DNA of 64,000 bases. It comes from Verrucomicrobiota bacterium. GTDB lineage: Bacteria > Verrucomicrobiota > Verrucomicrobiia > Limisphaerales > UBA11358. The notes under the pieces were generated by a model. That model worked only from the letters and a program-made list of their open reading frames with translations, had not been told where the DNA came from and did no database searches. Within the stretch, counting starts at the first letter, position 1. The number at the start of each line of letters is the position of its first letter. The stretch is taken from positions 5,149 through 69,148 of the forward strand of contig JBEKON010000002.1 in the NCBI GenBank assembly GCA_049521735.1. The letters run 5' to 3'. The translations under genes and the position numbers were made by a program. Below, in pieces: positions 43,768-52,789 of this stretch.

Positions 43768-44958
43768 CTACGATTTCTTCACAAACAGGGCGAGCGACGC
43801 GGTGTGGCCGTGCAGGAAATTCTTTTGGCCGACGGGGCCGATTTCGCCATTGCAGAAAAATCCGGCGAGTCCGAACGGGCCCAATTGCCATTCAACCGAT
43901 TCGGCGTCGTGGTTTGGGCGCCCGAAAAGATTCTGGCCGCGACCGTTACAGCAACAGAGACAGCCGCCGTAAATCGTCGAGCCGGCGAGTTGTTTTTTTG
44001 CGCGCGACAGCAGTTCGTTCATGTCCTCGGTCGCCGCCGCCGCATCGCGCCGCTGGAATTGCATGGTCTGCCCCGCGCGCGGTGTCGCGCCGACGGCCAG
44101 CACGCCCGAATTTGGGTCGCCGCCGATGAGATTGCGCACGAGAAAATCGCCGCGATGAAAATCTTCGAGATATTCGTTGACGACAAGGCCAATAAACAAA
44201 TTACCGCGTGCCTTTTGCTGTTCGGCAGGAGGAAGTTTTTGGAATGTCTCCGCAAGCACGGCATAGGCGGGGCGGTTGGCGATTTGGCGAATCAAATTGT
44301 GTTCGACACGCGTGAGCGTCCACGTCTCGCCGATGGGCGTGCAGCCTTGCGAAATGACGCCGGCCAGTTTCACGTCGCCGCCGACGGAAATCGCCACGCC
44401 GCCGTCCTCGAACACGTCGCCGTTCAAATAGACTTGCGTCGTCTGGTCGGAAAAAGTGCCGCTGGCCAGACCGCCAAGCGCGGGCAACGGTGCGTAGGCT
44501 TCATTCCAGGAGCGAATCCAACTTTCCGCATCGAGATGAAACGGGTCAATGAACACAAGCCAGCCATTCGAGCGCTTTGGTTCGACACCGGTTTCCAAAT
44601 GCCAGTAGGCCGTGCCGTCAGCTTCTTCGACTTGTTTTTGGGTGAAACGGAAGCCTTTCAATTCCGCCCCCGGCAATGAATAAAGCCCGAGCACAAATCC
44701 CGACGCCCCTTCAATTTCCTGCGCGTCGGCAATCAATCCCGTGCTGGAACAGCCCGCGAGCAGCGGAATCCGGGCATGCACGCGCAAAATTTCCAGTGTC
44801 TGCCGCGCGTGCGGAAAAAATTTCGGCGACATGAAAACGAGGCCAAGCGAAACCTGCGCCGCGGGAAGTTGCGCGCGCAAATTCTCCGCCCACTGCCGCA
44901 GTTCGGTTTCATCGAAACCGCTCGGCCAGTGCGCGGCGATGGAAAATTCGTTGTTCAC
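43768..44958 (-). CDS. FIST-domain sensory protein
   Basis: 396-aa ORF. The layout and blocks such as LGLVFMSPKFF...IPLLAGCSSTGLIA and ISVGGDVKLAGVISQGCTPIGE resemble FIST_N/FIST_C. No transmitter domain is attached. Confidence 0.55.
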   Translation of the reverse strand: MNNEFSIAAHWPSGFDETELRQWAENLRAQLPAAQVSLGLVFMSPKFFPHARQTLEILRVHARIPLLAGCSSTGLIADAQEIEGASGFVLGLYSLPGAELKGFRFTQKQVEEADGTAYWHLETGVEPKRSNGWLVFIDPFHLDAESWIRSWNEAYAPLPALGGLASGTFSDQTTQVYLNGDVFEDGGVAISVGGDVKLAGVISQGCTPIGETWTLTRVEHNLIRQIANRPAYAVLAETFQKLPPAEQQKARGNLFIGLVVNEYLEDFHRGDFLVRNLIGGDPNSGVLAVGATPRAGQTMQFQRRDAAAATEDMNELLSRAKKQLAGSTIYGGCLCCCNGRGQNLFGRPNHDAESVEWQLGPFGLAGFFCNGEIGPVGQKNFLHGHTASLALFVKKS

Positions 44959-44962
44959 AGTG

Positions 44963-46261
44963 CTACTTCAACCATGCCACAGTTTTCTCGCCGGACCAAA
45001 TTTCCTTGACCGGCTGGCGTTCGCGCGCGATGGCGGCGCGTTTGCCGTTCACCAGAATTTCGGCGGCGAGCGGACGCGTGTTGTAATTCGACGCCATGAC
45101 GAAGCCATACGCGCCCGCGCTCAACAGCGTGAGATAGTCGCCCTCGCTGACTCCCGGCAACAGGCGCTCTTTGCAAAAATAGTCGCCGGATTCGCAAATC
45201 GGTCCGACGACGTCGGATTTCACCAACGCGCCGCTTGTGCGCGTGAGCGGAATGATTTCGTGATAGGCGTCGTAAAACGCGGGGCGGATCAGGTCGTTCA
45301 TTGCCGCGTCCACAATGACAAAATTTTTCCGTCCAGTGCGTTTCACGTACTCGACGCGCGTGACCAGAATGCCCGCGTTGCCGGAAATGAAACGTCCCGG
45401 CTCAATCAAAATTCGCAAACCCAGCGGTCGGAGCAGCGGCACAAGCCGCGCGGCGTATTTGGCCGGAGTCAAAACGTCTTTTGCCCCGCGTCCATCCCAC
45501 CACGACGGTTGGCCGCTGGCGAGCGCGGATTGGTAAATGATGCCCAGTCCGCCGCCGATGCTGAAAAATTCCAATCCATGTCTTGCTTTCAGTTTTTCAA
45601 CGAGCGGCAACACTTTGCGCACGGCCTTTTCGAACGGCGCGACTTCCGTGATTTGCGAGCCGATGTGCATTTGCAATCCGCGCAGCCGGAGATTTTTCAA
45701 TTTGGCGGCGCGCGCATAAACATCCTCGATTTCCTCAAGCGCAATGCCGAATTTGTTTTCGTAAGTGCCGGTGGTGATTTTCGCGTGCGTTTTGGCCTCC
45801 ACGTTCGGATTCACCCGCACTGCAACCGGCGCGATTTTTTTCAACCGCGCCGCGATGCGATTGATGCGCTGCAATTCCGGTTCGCTTTCGGCGTTGAGCG
45901 AATAAACGTTCTGCCGCAGCGCCAATTCAATTTCGTCCCCGCTTTTTCCAACGCCGGCGAAAACGCATTGGCGCGGGTCGCCGCCCGCCGCGATGACGCG
46001 CCTCAATTCGCCTCCGCTGACAACGTCGAATCCGCTGCCGAGATTCGCCAGCGCGCGCAAGACGGACAGGTTCGAGTTTGATTTGACGGCGAAACAAACG
46101 AGATGCGGCACCGGCGCCATTGCGGCGTCGAGTTTTTGGAAGTGGCCGGTCAGCGTGCGCTGCGAATAAACGTAAAGCGGCGTGCCGAATTTTCTGGCGA
46201 GCGCCTCGACGGCGACACCTTCGCAAAACAAATTCCGGCCGATGTAACGAAAGTCATGCAT
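44963..46261 (-). CDS. lysA: diaminopimelate decarboxylase
   Basis: 432-aa ORF. It has the PLP lysine block (CFAVKSNSNLSVLRALANLGSGFDVVSGGEL), plus GGGLGI, EPGRFISGNAG and CESGD. Confidence 0.92.
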   Translation of the reverse strand: MHDFRYIGRNLFCEGVAVEALARKFGTPLYVYSQRTLTGHFQKLDAAMAPVPHLVCFAVKSNSNLSVLRALANLGSGFDVVSGGELRRVIAAGGDPRQCVFAGVGKSGDEIELALRQNVYSLNAESEPELQRINRIAARLKKIAPVAVRVNPNVEAKTHAKITTGTYENKFGIALEEIEDVYARAAKLKNLRLRGLQMHIGSQITEVAPFEKAVRKVLPLVEKLKARHGLEFFSIGGGLGIIYQSALASGQPSWWDGRGAKDVLTPAKYAARLVPLLRPLGLRILIEPGRFISGNAGILVTRVEYVKRTGRKNFVIVDAAMNDLIRPAFYDAYHEIIPLTRTSGALVKSDVVGPICESGDYFCKERLLPGVSEGDYLTLLSAGAYGFVMASNYNTRPLAAEILVNGKRAAIARERQPVKEIWSGEKTVAWLK

Positions 46262-46297
46262 GACGATTGCAGTCTAAAATTCGCGGCGCGTCGTGGC

Positions 46298-46329
46298 AAA
46301 GAAAAAGCCCGCCGGCAAAACCGGCGGGC
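46298..46329 (-). terminator. rho-independent terminator after the tandem-repeat protein gene
   Basis: On the minus strand: gcccgccgg ttttg ccggcgggc followed by tttttcttt. The stem is 9 bp of pure G/C-rich sequence (46307-46315 / 46321-46329), with the T-run at 46298-46306. It lies between the repeat-protein stop (46347) and the lysA start (46261). Confidence 0.85.
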
Positions 46330-46346
46330 AAAGGCGCAAATCCATT

Positions 46347-47438
46347 TTAGGGCTCAGCCAGAATTTTTGCGCGCTCGGTTTGGTATTGTCCCGCTGTGAT
46401 GGCATTAGCCATGTATTTAACCAGCAAGGCGTTGAGTTGGGCTTGTTTGTCGGCGGAAATAGGCAGCGGCGGCGCCACGATTGGCTGCATCACCGGTTCC
46501 TTTACAATGTTAGGCACTGCGTTTGTTTGGGGCGCCTTGGCAGCCACCTCTTTGGCAGCAGTTTTATCTGCTTTGGCCTTAGCCTGTGCTTGTTCAGCTG
46601 CTTTTCGTTCCGCCTTTTTCTTAGCCTTCAATTCGGCAGCAGCCTTTCGTTGGTCCGCTTTCATTTTTGCTTTGGCAGCAGTTTTATCTGCTTTGGCCTT
46701 AGCCTGTGCTTGTTCAGCTGCTTTTCGTTCCGTCTTTTTCTTAGCCTTCAATTCGGCAGCAGCCTTTCGTTTGTCCGCTTTCGTTTTCGCGGGAACCGTC
46801 TGGGTAACATTGGTTGAGGATTCGCCGGGTTGTACTACCACGACCCCGGAAGGAGTGACCGGTACCGATGCCGGAGCAGCTGTTTCAGCAGGCGCGTTGG
46901 TTTCAGTTGTCGGCGGCTGCGTTTCAACTGGCGGCGCAGGTGTCGGGGCGACTGTGTTCGTTGCGGTCGTCGTCTCGGGAGTCGCTGGCGCTGGCGCAAC
47001 TGTTGCGGCGGGCGCGTTGGTTTCAGTTGTCGGCGGCTGTGTTTCAGCCGGCGGCGCAGGTGTCGGGGCGACTGTGTTCGTTGTGATCGCCGTCTCGGGA
47101 GTTGCCGGCGCTGGAGTTGCCGATGGATTTTCCGTCGGCGCTGGCGCAACCGTTTCGGCAGATGCGTTGGTTTCAGTTGTTGGCGGCTGCGTTTCAGCCG
47201 GCGGCGCAGATGTCGGGGCGACTGTGTTCGTTGTGGTTGTCGTCTCGGGAGTTGCCGGCGCTGGCGCAACCGTTTCGGCAGGTGCATTGGTTTCGGAAAT
47301 GGCTGCCGAAGTAACGGTTGGCTGATTTGTTTGTTCGGGCGCAGCGGCCGGGGCGGGATTGTCATCCGCGCGAACGGTGATGAAGCTTACACAGAAAACG
47401 ACCGCGCAAACTGCGGAAAACCACTTGAAAATTTGCAT
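46347..47438 (-). CDS. secreted tandem-repeat protein (Thr/Pro/Ala-rich repeats, Lys/Ala-rich repeats, small C-terminal domain)
   Basis: 363-aa ORF with a signal peptide (MQIFKWFSAVCAVVFCVSFITVRA). It has about 3.5 copies of a ~40-aa unit (ETNAPAETVAPAPATPETTTTTNTVAPTSAPPAETQPPTT) and 2 copies of a 40-aa unit (KADKRKAAAELKAKKKTERKAAEQAQAKAKADKTAAKAKM). The tail is ...LNALLVKYMANAITAGQYQTERAKILAEP. A strong terminator lies downstream on the same strand. Confidence 0.75.
   Translation of the reverse strand: MQIFKWFSAVCAVVFCVSFITVRADDNPAPAAAPEQTNQPTVTSAAISETNAPAETVAPAPATPETTTTTNTVAPTSAPPAETQPPTTETNASAETVAPAPTENPSATPAPATPETAITTNTVAPTPAPPAETQPPTTETNAPAATVAPAPATPETTTATNTVAPTPAPPVETQPPTTETNAPAETAAPASVPVTPSGVVVVQPGESSTNVTQTVPAKTKADKRKAAAELKAKKKTERKAAEQAQAKAKADKTAAKAKMKADQRKAAAELKAKKKAERKAAEQAQAKAKADKTAAKEVAAKAPQTNAVPNIVKEPVMQPIVAPPLPISADKQAQLNALLVKYMANAITAGQYQTERAKILAEP
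46551..46790. repeat. 2 x 120-bp direct tandem repeat (coding, Lys/Ala-rich units)
   Basis: Copy 1 is 46551-46670 and copy 2 is 46671-46790. My base-by-base alignment finds 4 differences in 120 nt. Confidence 0.95.
46871..47296. repeat. about 3.5 copies of a 120-bp direct tandem repeat (coding, Thr/Pro/Ala-rich units); one copy carries a 30-bp insertion
   Basis: The landmark ggcgcgttggtttcagttgtcggcggctg recurs at 46891 and 47011, as gatgcgttgg at 47161, and as ggtgcattgg at 47281. The spacings are 120, 150 and 120 nt. Confidence 0.9.
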
Positions 47439-47447
47439 GGTTTTCTT

Positions 47448-48485
47448 CTACACCAATCCTTGCGCGGAAGCAACTGCTTTTCCGGTTCCTGAAAACAATT
47501 TTCGCCACAGGCCTGGGAACGGATAGCTGAACGCCGACCACAACAAAATGCAGCGCACTTCATTACGGGAAATTTTGATGCCCTGTTGCAGTTCGAGCAT
47601 ACTGGCGGCGCGCAATTGTCCAATCGTCCTGATGCCGATCAAAATCGGCCAGGCGCAGGCGAGGCGGACGCGCACCTGCCCGAACGGCAGTGAATTCGTG
47701 TAAGCCCAACCCGCCGCCAGATGCGATTCCGCTTTGTTGAGGCATTCGCGGAACAGCGGCAGGAATTTAGCCTCGTTCGCGGGCGACAACAAGTCGGCGG
47801 GTTGCAGACCGGCCTCAACCAATTTGTCCGCCGGCAAATAGCACCGGCCATTGCGCAAATCCGCCGGCAAATCGCGCAGGATGTTCACGAGCTGCAAACC
47901 TTTGCCGAACCGGATGCCATTGGCCATTAGAAGTTCGTCGTCCAGTTTCACCTGGGGAAACAAATGAGCGCGGCAAATTTTTGTCCAAAACCCGCCGACA
48001 CAACCGGCGACGCGATAGGTGTAATCTTCCAGTTCAGCCTCGGTTTCCAGCGCGATGATTTTTTCAGCGGACGCGCCGGCGAACCGGCGCAAATCTAGTT
48101 CCTGTCCGCTCGTGATGATGGTGAGAACCTCGCGAACCAGTTTCAAATCGGCGGGCGAAAGCATTTGCAACTGCGCGAGGCTGTCCTCGACTTTTTCCAG
48201 CAACGCTTGTTCGGCGGGCAGGGCCTGATGCCGGGCAAGCTCGCCGAAATTCAGCGGTGCGGCATTTTGACCGAGAATCCGTTCGCGCAGCTTTTGCAGC
48301 GCGTCGAGCCGTTGCGCGAGCGGGACGATTCCCGTGTCAGCGATAGTGTCTGTCGTGCGCGCGAGCAGATAGGCGAGGCCGATTTGTGGACGGATTGCGC
48401 CCGGCAGTACGCGCAACGTCAGATAAAACGAGCGCGAAGTTTGCTTGAGCAAATCAGTCAGCAGCGTATTTACATTTACCGCCAT
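47448..48485 (-). CDS. squalene/phytoene synthase-family protein (squalene synthase-like)
   Basis: 345-aa ORF. SRSFYLTLRVLP, the first Asp-rich motif (ARTTDTIAD), YRVAGCVGG, and LQLVNILRDLPADLRNGRCYLP. Confidence 0.75.
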   Translation of the reverse strand: MAVNVNTLLTDLLKQTSRSFYLTLRVLPGAIRPQIGLAYLLARTTDTIADTGIVPLAQRLDALQKLRERILGQNAAPLNFGELARHQALPAEQALLEKVEDSLAQLQMLSPADLKLVREVLTIITSGQELDLRRFAGASAEKIIALETEAELEDYTYRVAGCVGGFWTKICRAHLFPQVKLDDELLMANGIRFGKGLQLVNILRDLPADLRNGRCYLPADKLVEAGLQPADLLSPANEAKFLPLFRECLNKAESHLAAGWAYTNSLPFGQVRVRLACAWPILIGIRTIGQLRAASMLELQQGIKISRNEVRCILLWSAFSYPFPGLWRKLFSGTGKAVASAQGLV

Positions 48486-48486
48486 G

Positions 48487-49890
48487 TTACGCCTGCAACA
48501 ATTTCCGCCACCTTGCCAGTTGCTTCGCGACTTCCTTTGTTCCCGGTGCGCCGATCAAGTTTCGTTTGGCCATCGCGCGTTTTAGATCGAACACGCCAAG
48601 CGCGTCGCGCCCAAAGGTTTTGTCCACGGATTGCAATTCCGCGAGCGTGAGCTGGTTCAGCGGCTTGCCGTTTTTTTCCGCCAGCGCAACAACCTTGCCG
48701 ACGATATGATGCGCCTGCCGGAACGGCATTCCTTTTTTGACGAGATAATCCGCTAGGTCTGTCGCCAGCAATGCCGGGTCGCTCGCGGCACGGTCGCAGG
48801 CGGCGCGATTAATCTTCGTGTGCTGTAACATCGCGGCGACGATGCGCACAGTCGCGCGCACGGTGTCGGCGGTGTCGAACAGCCGTTCTTTATCTTCTTG
48901 GAGATCGCGGTTGTAGGTCATTGGCAGACCTTTCAGCAGTGTGAGCAGCGCGACGAGGTTGCCGATAACCCGGCCGGTCTTGCCGCGCGCGAGTTCGGCG
49001 ATGTCGGGATTTTTCTTTTGCGGCATCAACGACGAACCGGTGGTGTAGGCGTCAGCGATCTTGATGAAATTAAATTCTGTGCTCGTCCAAAGGATTAAAT
49101 CTTCCGCGAGCCGTGAAATGTGAACGGCGAGCAACGCGGCGGCAGCGGAAAATTCGACGGCAAAATCGCGGTCGCCGACGGCGTCCATGGAATTTTGCGT
49201 GAGCTGCGGTTTGCCGCCGGCGTCCACGAAGCCGAGCAATTTGGCGACGAGTACGCGGTCGAGCGGCAGCGTGGAACCGGCGATTGCGCCACTGCCGAGC
49301 GGGCAGACATTCGCGCGCGAGTAACAATCCCAAAGGCGCTCGCAGTCGCGCTCCAGCATCTCGACGTAGGCGAGCAGATGGTGTGCGAGATACACGGGCT
49401 GCGCGCGTTGCAGATGCGTGTAGCCCGGAATCAGCACATCGGAATTTTTTTCGCCGAGCGAGACGAGCGCGCGTTGCAAATCGGTAATCTCGCCGAGCAA
49501 AAGGACGATTTCGTCGCGCAGCCAGAGGCGCATGTCGAGGGCGACCTGGTCGTTGCGCGAGCGGGCGGTGTGGAGCTTGGCGCCGGCGGGCACGCGCCGC
49601 GTCAGCTCGGCCTCGATGTTCATGTGGACGTCTTCGAGTTCGGGTTTCCACTCGAATTCGCCCGCGGCGATTTCGCGTCCGATCTTGTCGAGTCCGCAGA
49701 TGATGGCTATTGCCTCGGACTTGGTCAGCACGCCGATTTTGCGGAGCATGGCGGCGTGGGCGAGCGAGCCGAGGATGTCATGCCGCCAGAGCCGGTGGTC
49801 GAACGAGATGGATTCGGTGAATTGTGCCACGTCCGTGCTGACTTCACGCGCGAACCGGACGCTGCGGGAGAGTGGAGAGATTTTTTTCAT
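48487..49890 (-). CDS. argH: argininosuccinate lyase
   Basis: 467-aa ORF. TARSRNDQVALDMRLW, GYTHLQRAQP, and the fumarate-lyase signature GSSLMPQKKNPD. Confidence 0.93.
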   Translation of the reverse strand: MKKISPLSRSVRFAREVSTDVAQFTESISFDHRLWRHDILGSLAHAAMLRKIGVLTKSEAIAIICGLDKIGREIAAGEFEWKPELEDVHMNIEAELTRRVPAGAKLHTARSRNDQVALDMRLWLRDEIVLLLGEITDLQRALVSLGEKNSDVLIPGYTHLQRAQPVYLAHHLLAYVEMLERDCERLWDCYSRANVCPLGSGAIAGSTLPLDRVLVAKLLGFVDAGGKPQLTQNSMDAVGDRDFAVEFSAAAALLAVHISRLAEDLILWTSTEFNFIKIADAYTTGSSLMPQKKNPDIAELARGKTGRVIGNLVALLTLLKGLPMTYNRDLQEDKERLFDTADTVRATVRIVAAMLQHTKINRAACDRAASDPALLATDLADYLVKKGMPFRQAHHIVGKVVALAEKNGKPLNQLTLAELQSVDKTFGRDALGVFDLKRAMAKRNLIGAPGTKEVAKQLARWRKLLQA

Positions 49891-50036
49891 GCGCTTTAAT
49901 TAAACCGCCGATGAACGCGGATGAACACAGGTTTTAAGATGCGGCGGCAAAATTCAATCACAAAGACGCGGGGAAAAAGCCATTAAAAAACCCCGTTGCC
50001 AGTGGCGCGCGGATGTGGAATGCTATTTTAAACAGC

Positions 50037-50918
50037 ATGAGCGAGTTCAAATTCGTCTGTCCATCCTGCGGCCAGGACGTCAAGTGCGAGTCGTGGCGGA
50101 GCAACACGATGATGGAATGCCCGGCGTGCTTCCAGAGGATCATCGTCCCGCGAGCTCCCACGGACGACGATATGGAATTGGTCATAAAAGGTTCGAAGGC
50201 CACCAGGCGACTGGTGACAAAACCGGGGATGGATTTAGGAACGCCGCCTGCTCCAACCCTGCGTGCAAAAAATTCTCCAGTGACAGGAATCGCCTTTGTC
50301 ATTTTGCTTTGCGCAGCGGTTGCGATGGTGTTTGTGTTTCGCGGGAAAATCTTCCGGTCAACGAACGTTCAAAGCACGACCGCAAGTCAAACCAGCCCGG
50401 CGCAACCGGTCAACCCGGCGCCGGCTCGAAACGTGACCCCGGCGCGACCAGTCGTCGTTGCGCCGCCCCCGAACGACACGAATTGGACGCTGACTCTCAG
50501 TGCGGCGGTGATTCCCGACGCGCCGGTGGCGGGGCGCATTCACGGAAAGGATTTCATCCGTCAGCATGCCTATTTGGAGGTCGGCACGCTGACGATGCGT
50601 ACGGACAATCCCGGGTCGCCAGACTTGGGGCTTTCGGTGTATCTGCACGCGAACCGGAGCCAGGACCTGGCTGGACGAACGGTCAGCATCACCAGCGACT
50701 TCACGAATGCGCCGCTCGTCCGGCTGCGCTGGAAGGATGACGAACAGCAACCCGTGACGAAGGATTTCAAGGAAGGTTACGTGCTACGGGTCGAATTTGG
50801 CCAGTTGGCCGGCAAGCGGTTGCCGGGGAAATTTTACCTGGCGGTGCCGGATGCAGTGAAAAGCTACGTGGCCGGAACTTTCAATGCCGAAATCCGCAAA
50901 TCCAAACTGCCGCAGTAG
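50037..50918 (+). CDS. hypothetical membrane-anchored protein with N-terminal zinc-ribbon
   Basis: I prefer the ATG at 50037 (MSEFKFVCPSCGQDVKCE...CPACFQ); the track start is 50013. Two CxxC pairs are followed by a TM segment (IAFVILLCAAVAMVFVF), a Pro-rich linker, and a ~150-aa C-terminal domain of unknown family. Confidence 0.5.
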   Translation: MSEFKFVCPSCGQDVKCESWRSNTMMECPACFQRIIVPRAPTDDDMELVIKGSKATRRLVTKPGMDLGTPPAPTLRAKNSPVTGIAFVILLCAAVAMVFVFRGKIFRSTNVQSTTASQTSPAQPVNPAPARNVTPARPVVVAPPPNDTNWTLTLSAAVIPDAPVAGRIHGKDFIRQHAYLEVGTLTMRTDNPGSPDLGLSVYLHANRSQDLAGRTVSITSDFTNAPLVRLRWKDDEQQPVTKDFKEGYVLRVEFGQLAGKRLPGKFYLAVPDAVKSYVAGTFNAEIRKSKLPQ

Positions 50919-51390
50919 GGAAATCGAAGGGATCGTTGTTTGTTTGTTGACCAAACGACAACAAACTCTCGCGCTGGCCGAATCATGCACCGGCGGTTGC
51001 ATCGCACACCGGCTCACGAATGTGCCCGGCGCGTCGGCGGTTTTCCCCGGCGGAGTGGTCGCTTACAGCAATGCGGCGAAGAGGAAGTTTCTTGGCGTTC
51101 GCGCTGAAACGCTCGCGGCTCACGGGGCGGTAAGCGAAGCGGTCGCGTGCGAAATGGCCGAGGGTGCGCGCGAACGATTCGGCTCGGATTTTGCGATCGG
51201 GGTCACGGGCATTGCCGGCCCGGACGGCGGAACAAAGGAGAAGCCGGTGGGGACGGTTTTCATCGCGCTGATTGGGGCGTTTGGAACGATTGTTGAGCGT
51301 AAATTTAATTCCTCCAAGCGCGAGAGGTTCAAGGAAGTTACAGCCCGACAGGCATTGAAAATGCTGCATTCGCAGCTGGCCGGAGCGTAA
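50884..51390 (+). CDS. CinA C-terminal domain / nicotinamide-nucleotide amidase (PncC-like)
   Basis: 168-aa ORF. TLALAESCTGGCIAHRLTNVPGAS, GVVAYSN and IGVTGIAGPDGG match the family. The ATG start overlaps the previous gene by 35 nt, and the true start may be further downstream. Confidence 0.8.
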   Translation: MPKSANPNCRSREIEGIVVCLLTKRQQTLALAESCTGGCIAHRLTNVPGASAVFPGGVVAYSNAAKRKFLGVRAETLAAHGAVSEAVACEMAEGARERFGSDFAIGVTGIAGPDGGTKEKPVGTVFIALIGAFGTIVERKFNSSKRERFKEVTARQALKMLHSQLAGA

Positions 51391-51484
51391 ATGCGCTTTA
51401 TACTTGAGAGTGAAGGCTTTTGCCGTTAAGTTAAAGTATTCAACGTCTTCACGGAGTTGAAGCGAAAGAATTTTATTTCCAAAC

Positions 51485-52789
51485 ATGGCTTTGATGACTG
51501 ACCCGATGACCGTTGCGCGCGACCGTTTTACCGCCGAGGCGGAAGACACCATCGCCGCTTCGCCGAAGCGGCGTGGGACGCTGTTGATTGTGGATGACGA
51601 GGACGGGCCGCGACAATCACTCCGCGTCATTTTCAAGGACGAATATGATTTGCTGATGGCTGATGACGGGCCGACAGCAATTGCGCTGGCGCGGAAACAT
51701 CCGATTGACGTGGCAGTGCTGGACATTCGCATGGCCGGCATGTCGGGCATCGAGGTTTTGGAACACCTCAAAGGCGTGAACCCAAGAATCGAAGCGATCA
51801 TGATCACGGCATTTGAGACGACCGACACGATTCGGCGGGCGCTGCGGTTGCGCGCGTGTGATTACATCAACAAGCCGTTCGACCTCGTGACGATCCGCTC
51901 CGCCGTCGGCCAGGCAATGCAACGCCGCACGCTCGAAAGTGAAATCAACAGCAGCGCGGAAAAGGTGCGGGAATTGCTCGCCGAGCTGCAAAACCAGCGC
52001 ATCGAGGAGCAACTCGCCAAGACGCGCGGCGACATTTACGCCAGCATCATCCATGACATCAACGGGCCGCTGACGGTCATTTCCGGTTTTGTGCAAGTGC
52101 TCGGTCAGCGATTAAACCGGAGTTCACAGCTGGAGTTGGAGGACTTGGAATTCATCAAGAACCGCCTGCACATCATCGGGCGGCAGACAAGCAACTGCAT
52201 CGAAATTTCCCGGCGCTACCTCGGTTTCCTTCGCCGCCAATCGGGCGAAAATGTCTCGTGCGTCAGTGTCAATCAATTACTCAAGGACTTGGATCAACTC
52301 GTGCGTGTGCATCCCAGTGCGCATGAAAACGAATTTGGCATTACGCCGCTGCCCGAGGACATCGGTGTCAAAATCAACGGCACCGACCTTATCCAGATTT
52401 TGCTCAACCTGGCGGTGAACGCCTTTCAGTGCATGCCCCTCAAACATCGCGTCGAAATCGGTGGTGAACTGCTCCGGGTGCCGCTCGATCTTAAAATATT
52501 CAAAGACGGCCCGAATGATCGGCTGCTCAACGTTGAAAGTGCGGACAACACCCCGCCGCTGGTCAAACTTTGGGTGCGCGACAATGGCCCTGGCATCCCA
52601 CCGAAAGTGTTGGCGAAAATATTTCAGTCCTACTTTACCACCAAAGGGCCGCAACAGGGAACCGGCCTCGGCCTCAACATCGTCCAGCGGCTTATCAAGG
52701 AAGGTGGCGGCGCGCTGCACATTCATACGCACGTGGGCGAAGGGACAACGTTCACGATTTATTTGCCCGGCGCGAATTTGAAGGAGTAA
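51485..52789 (+). CDS. response-regulator receiver fused to histidine kinase (REC-HisKA-HATPase)
   Basis: 434-aa ORF. The REC domain includes LLIVDDEDGP...DVAVLDIRMAGMSGIEVL...KP. The H-box is IIHDINGPLTVISGF. The N and G boxes are NLAVNAF, DNGPGIP and GTGLGLNIV. Confidence 0.8.
   Translation: MALMTDPMTVARDRFTAEAEDTIAASPKRRGTLLIVDDEDGPRQSLRVIFKDEYDLLMADDGPTAIALARKHPIDVAVLDIRMAGMSGIEVLEHLKGVNPRIEAIMITAFETTDTIRRALRLRACDYINKPFDLVTIRSAVGQAMQRRTLESEINSSAEKVRELLAELQNQRIEEQLAKTRGDIYASIIHDINGPLTVISGFVQVLGQRLNRSSQLELEDLEFIKNRLHIIGRQTSNCIEISRRYLGFLRRQSGENVSCVSVNQLLKDLDQLVRVHPSAHENEFGITPLPEDIGVKINGTDLIQILLNLAVNAFQCMPLKHRVEIGGELLRVPLDLKIFKDGPNDRLLNVESADNTPPLVKLWVRDNGPGIPPKVLAKIFQSYFTTKGPQQGTGLGLNIVQRLIKEGGGALHIHTHVGEGTTFTIYLPGANLKE

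Noticed and set aside
44741-46081. 446-aa + strand ORF opposite lysA. Similar long antisense ORFs lie at 53330-54397 (opposite the LeuC-like gene), 57907-58917 (opposite mscL and the ThiF/MoeB gene), 13811-14545 and 8748-9527.
   Set aside because: All lie opposite genes with strong family signatures, and all have Arg/His/Ala-rich shadow-ORF composition.
46551-47296. Possible CRISPR array, because of regularly spaced repeats
   Set aside because: The units are contiguous 120-bp tandem repeats with no unique spacers, they lie inside a coding frame, and no cas genes are in the window. The 7-nt arrays elsewhere are far too short and also lack spacers.
46396-47492. + strand ORFs (309 aa and 220 aa) running through the 120-bp repeats
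   Set aside because: Repeats keep several frames open. The minus-strand frame has a clean signal peptide, a non-repetitive C-terminal domain and a downstream terminator, whereas the + strand products are Cys/Arg- or Ala/Gly/Val-only strings.
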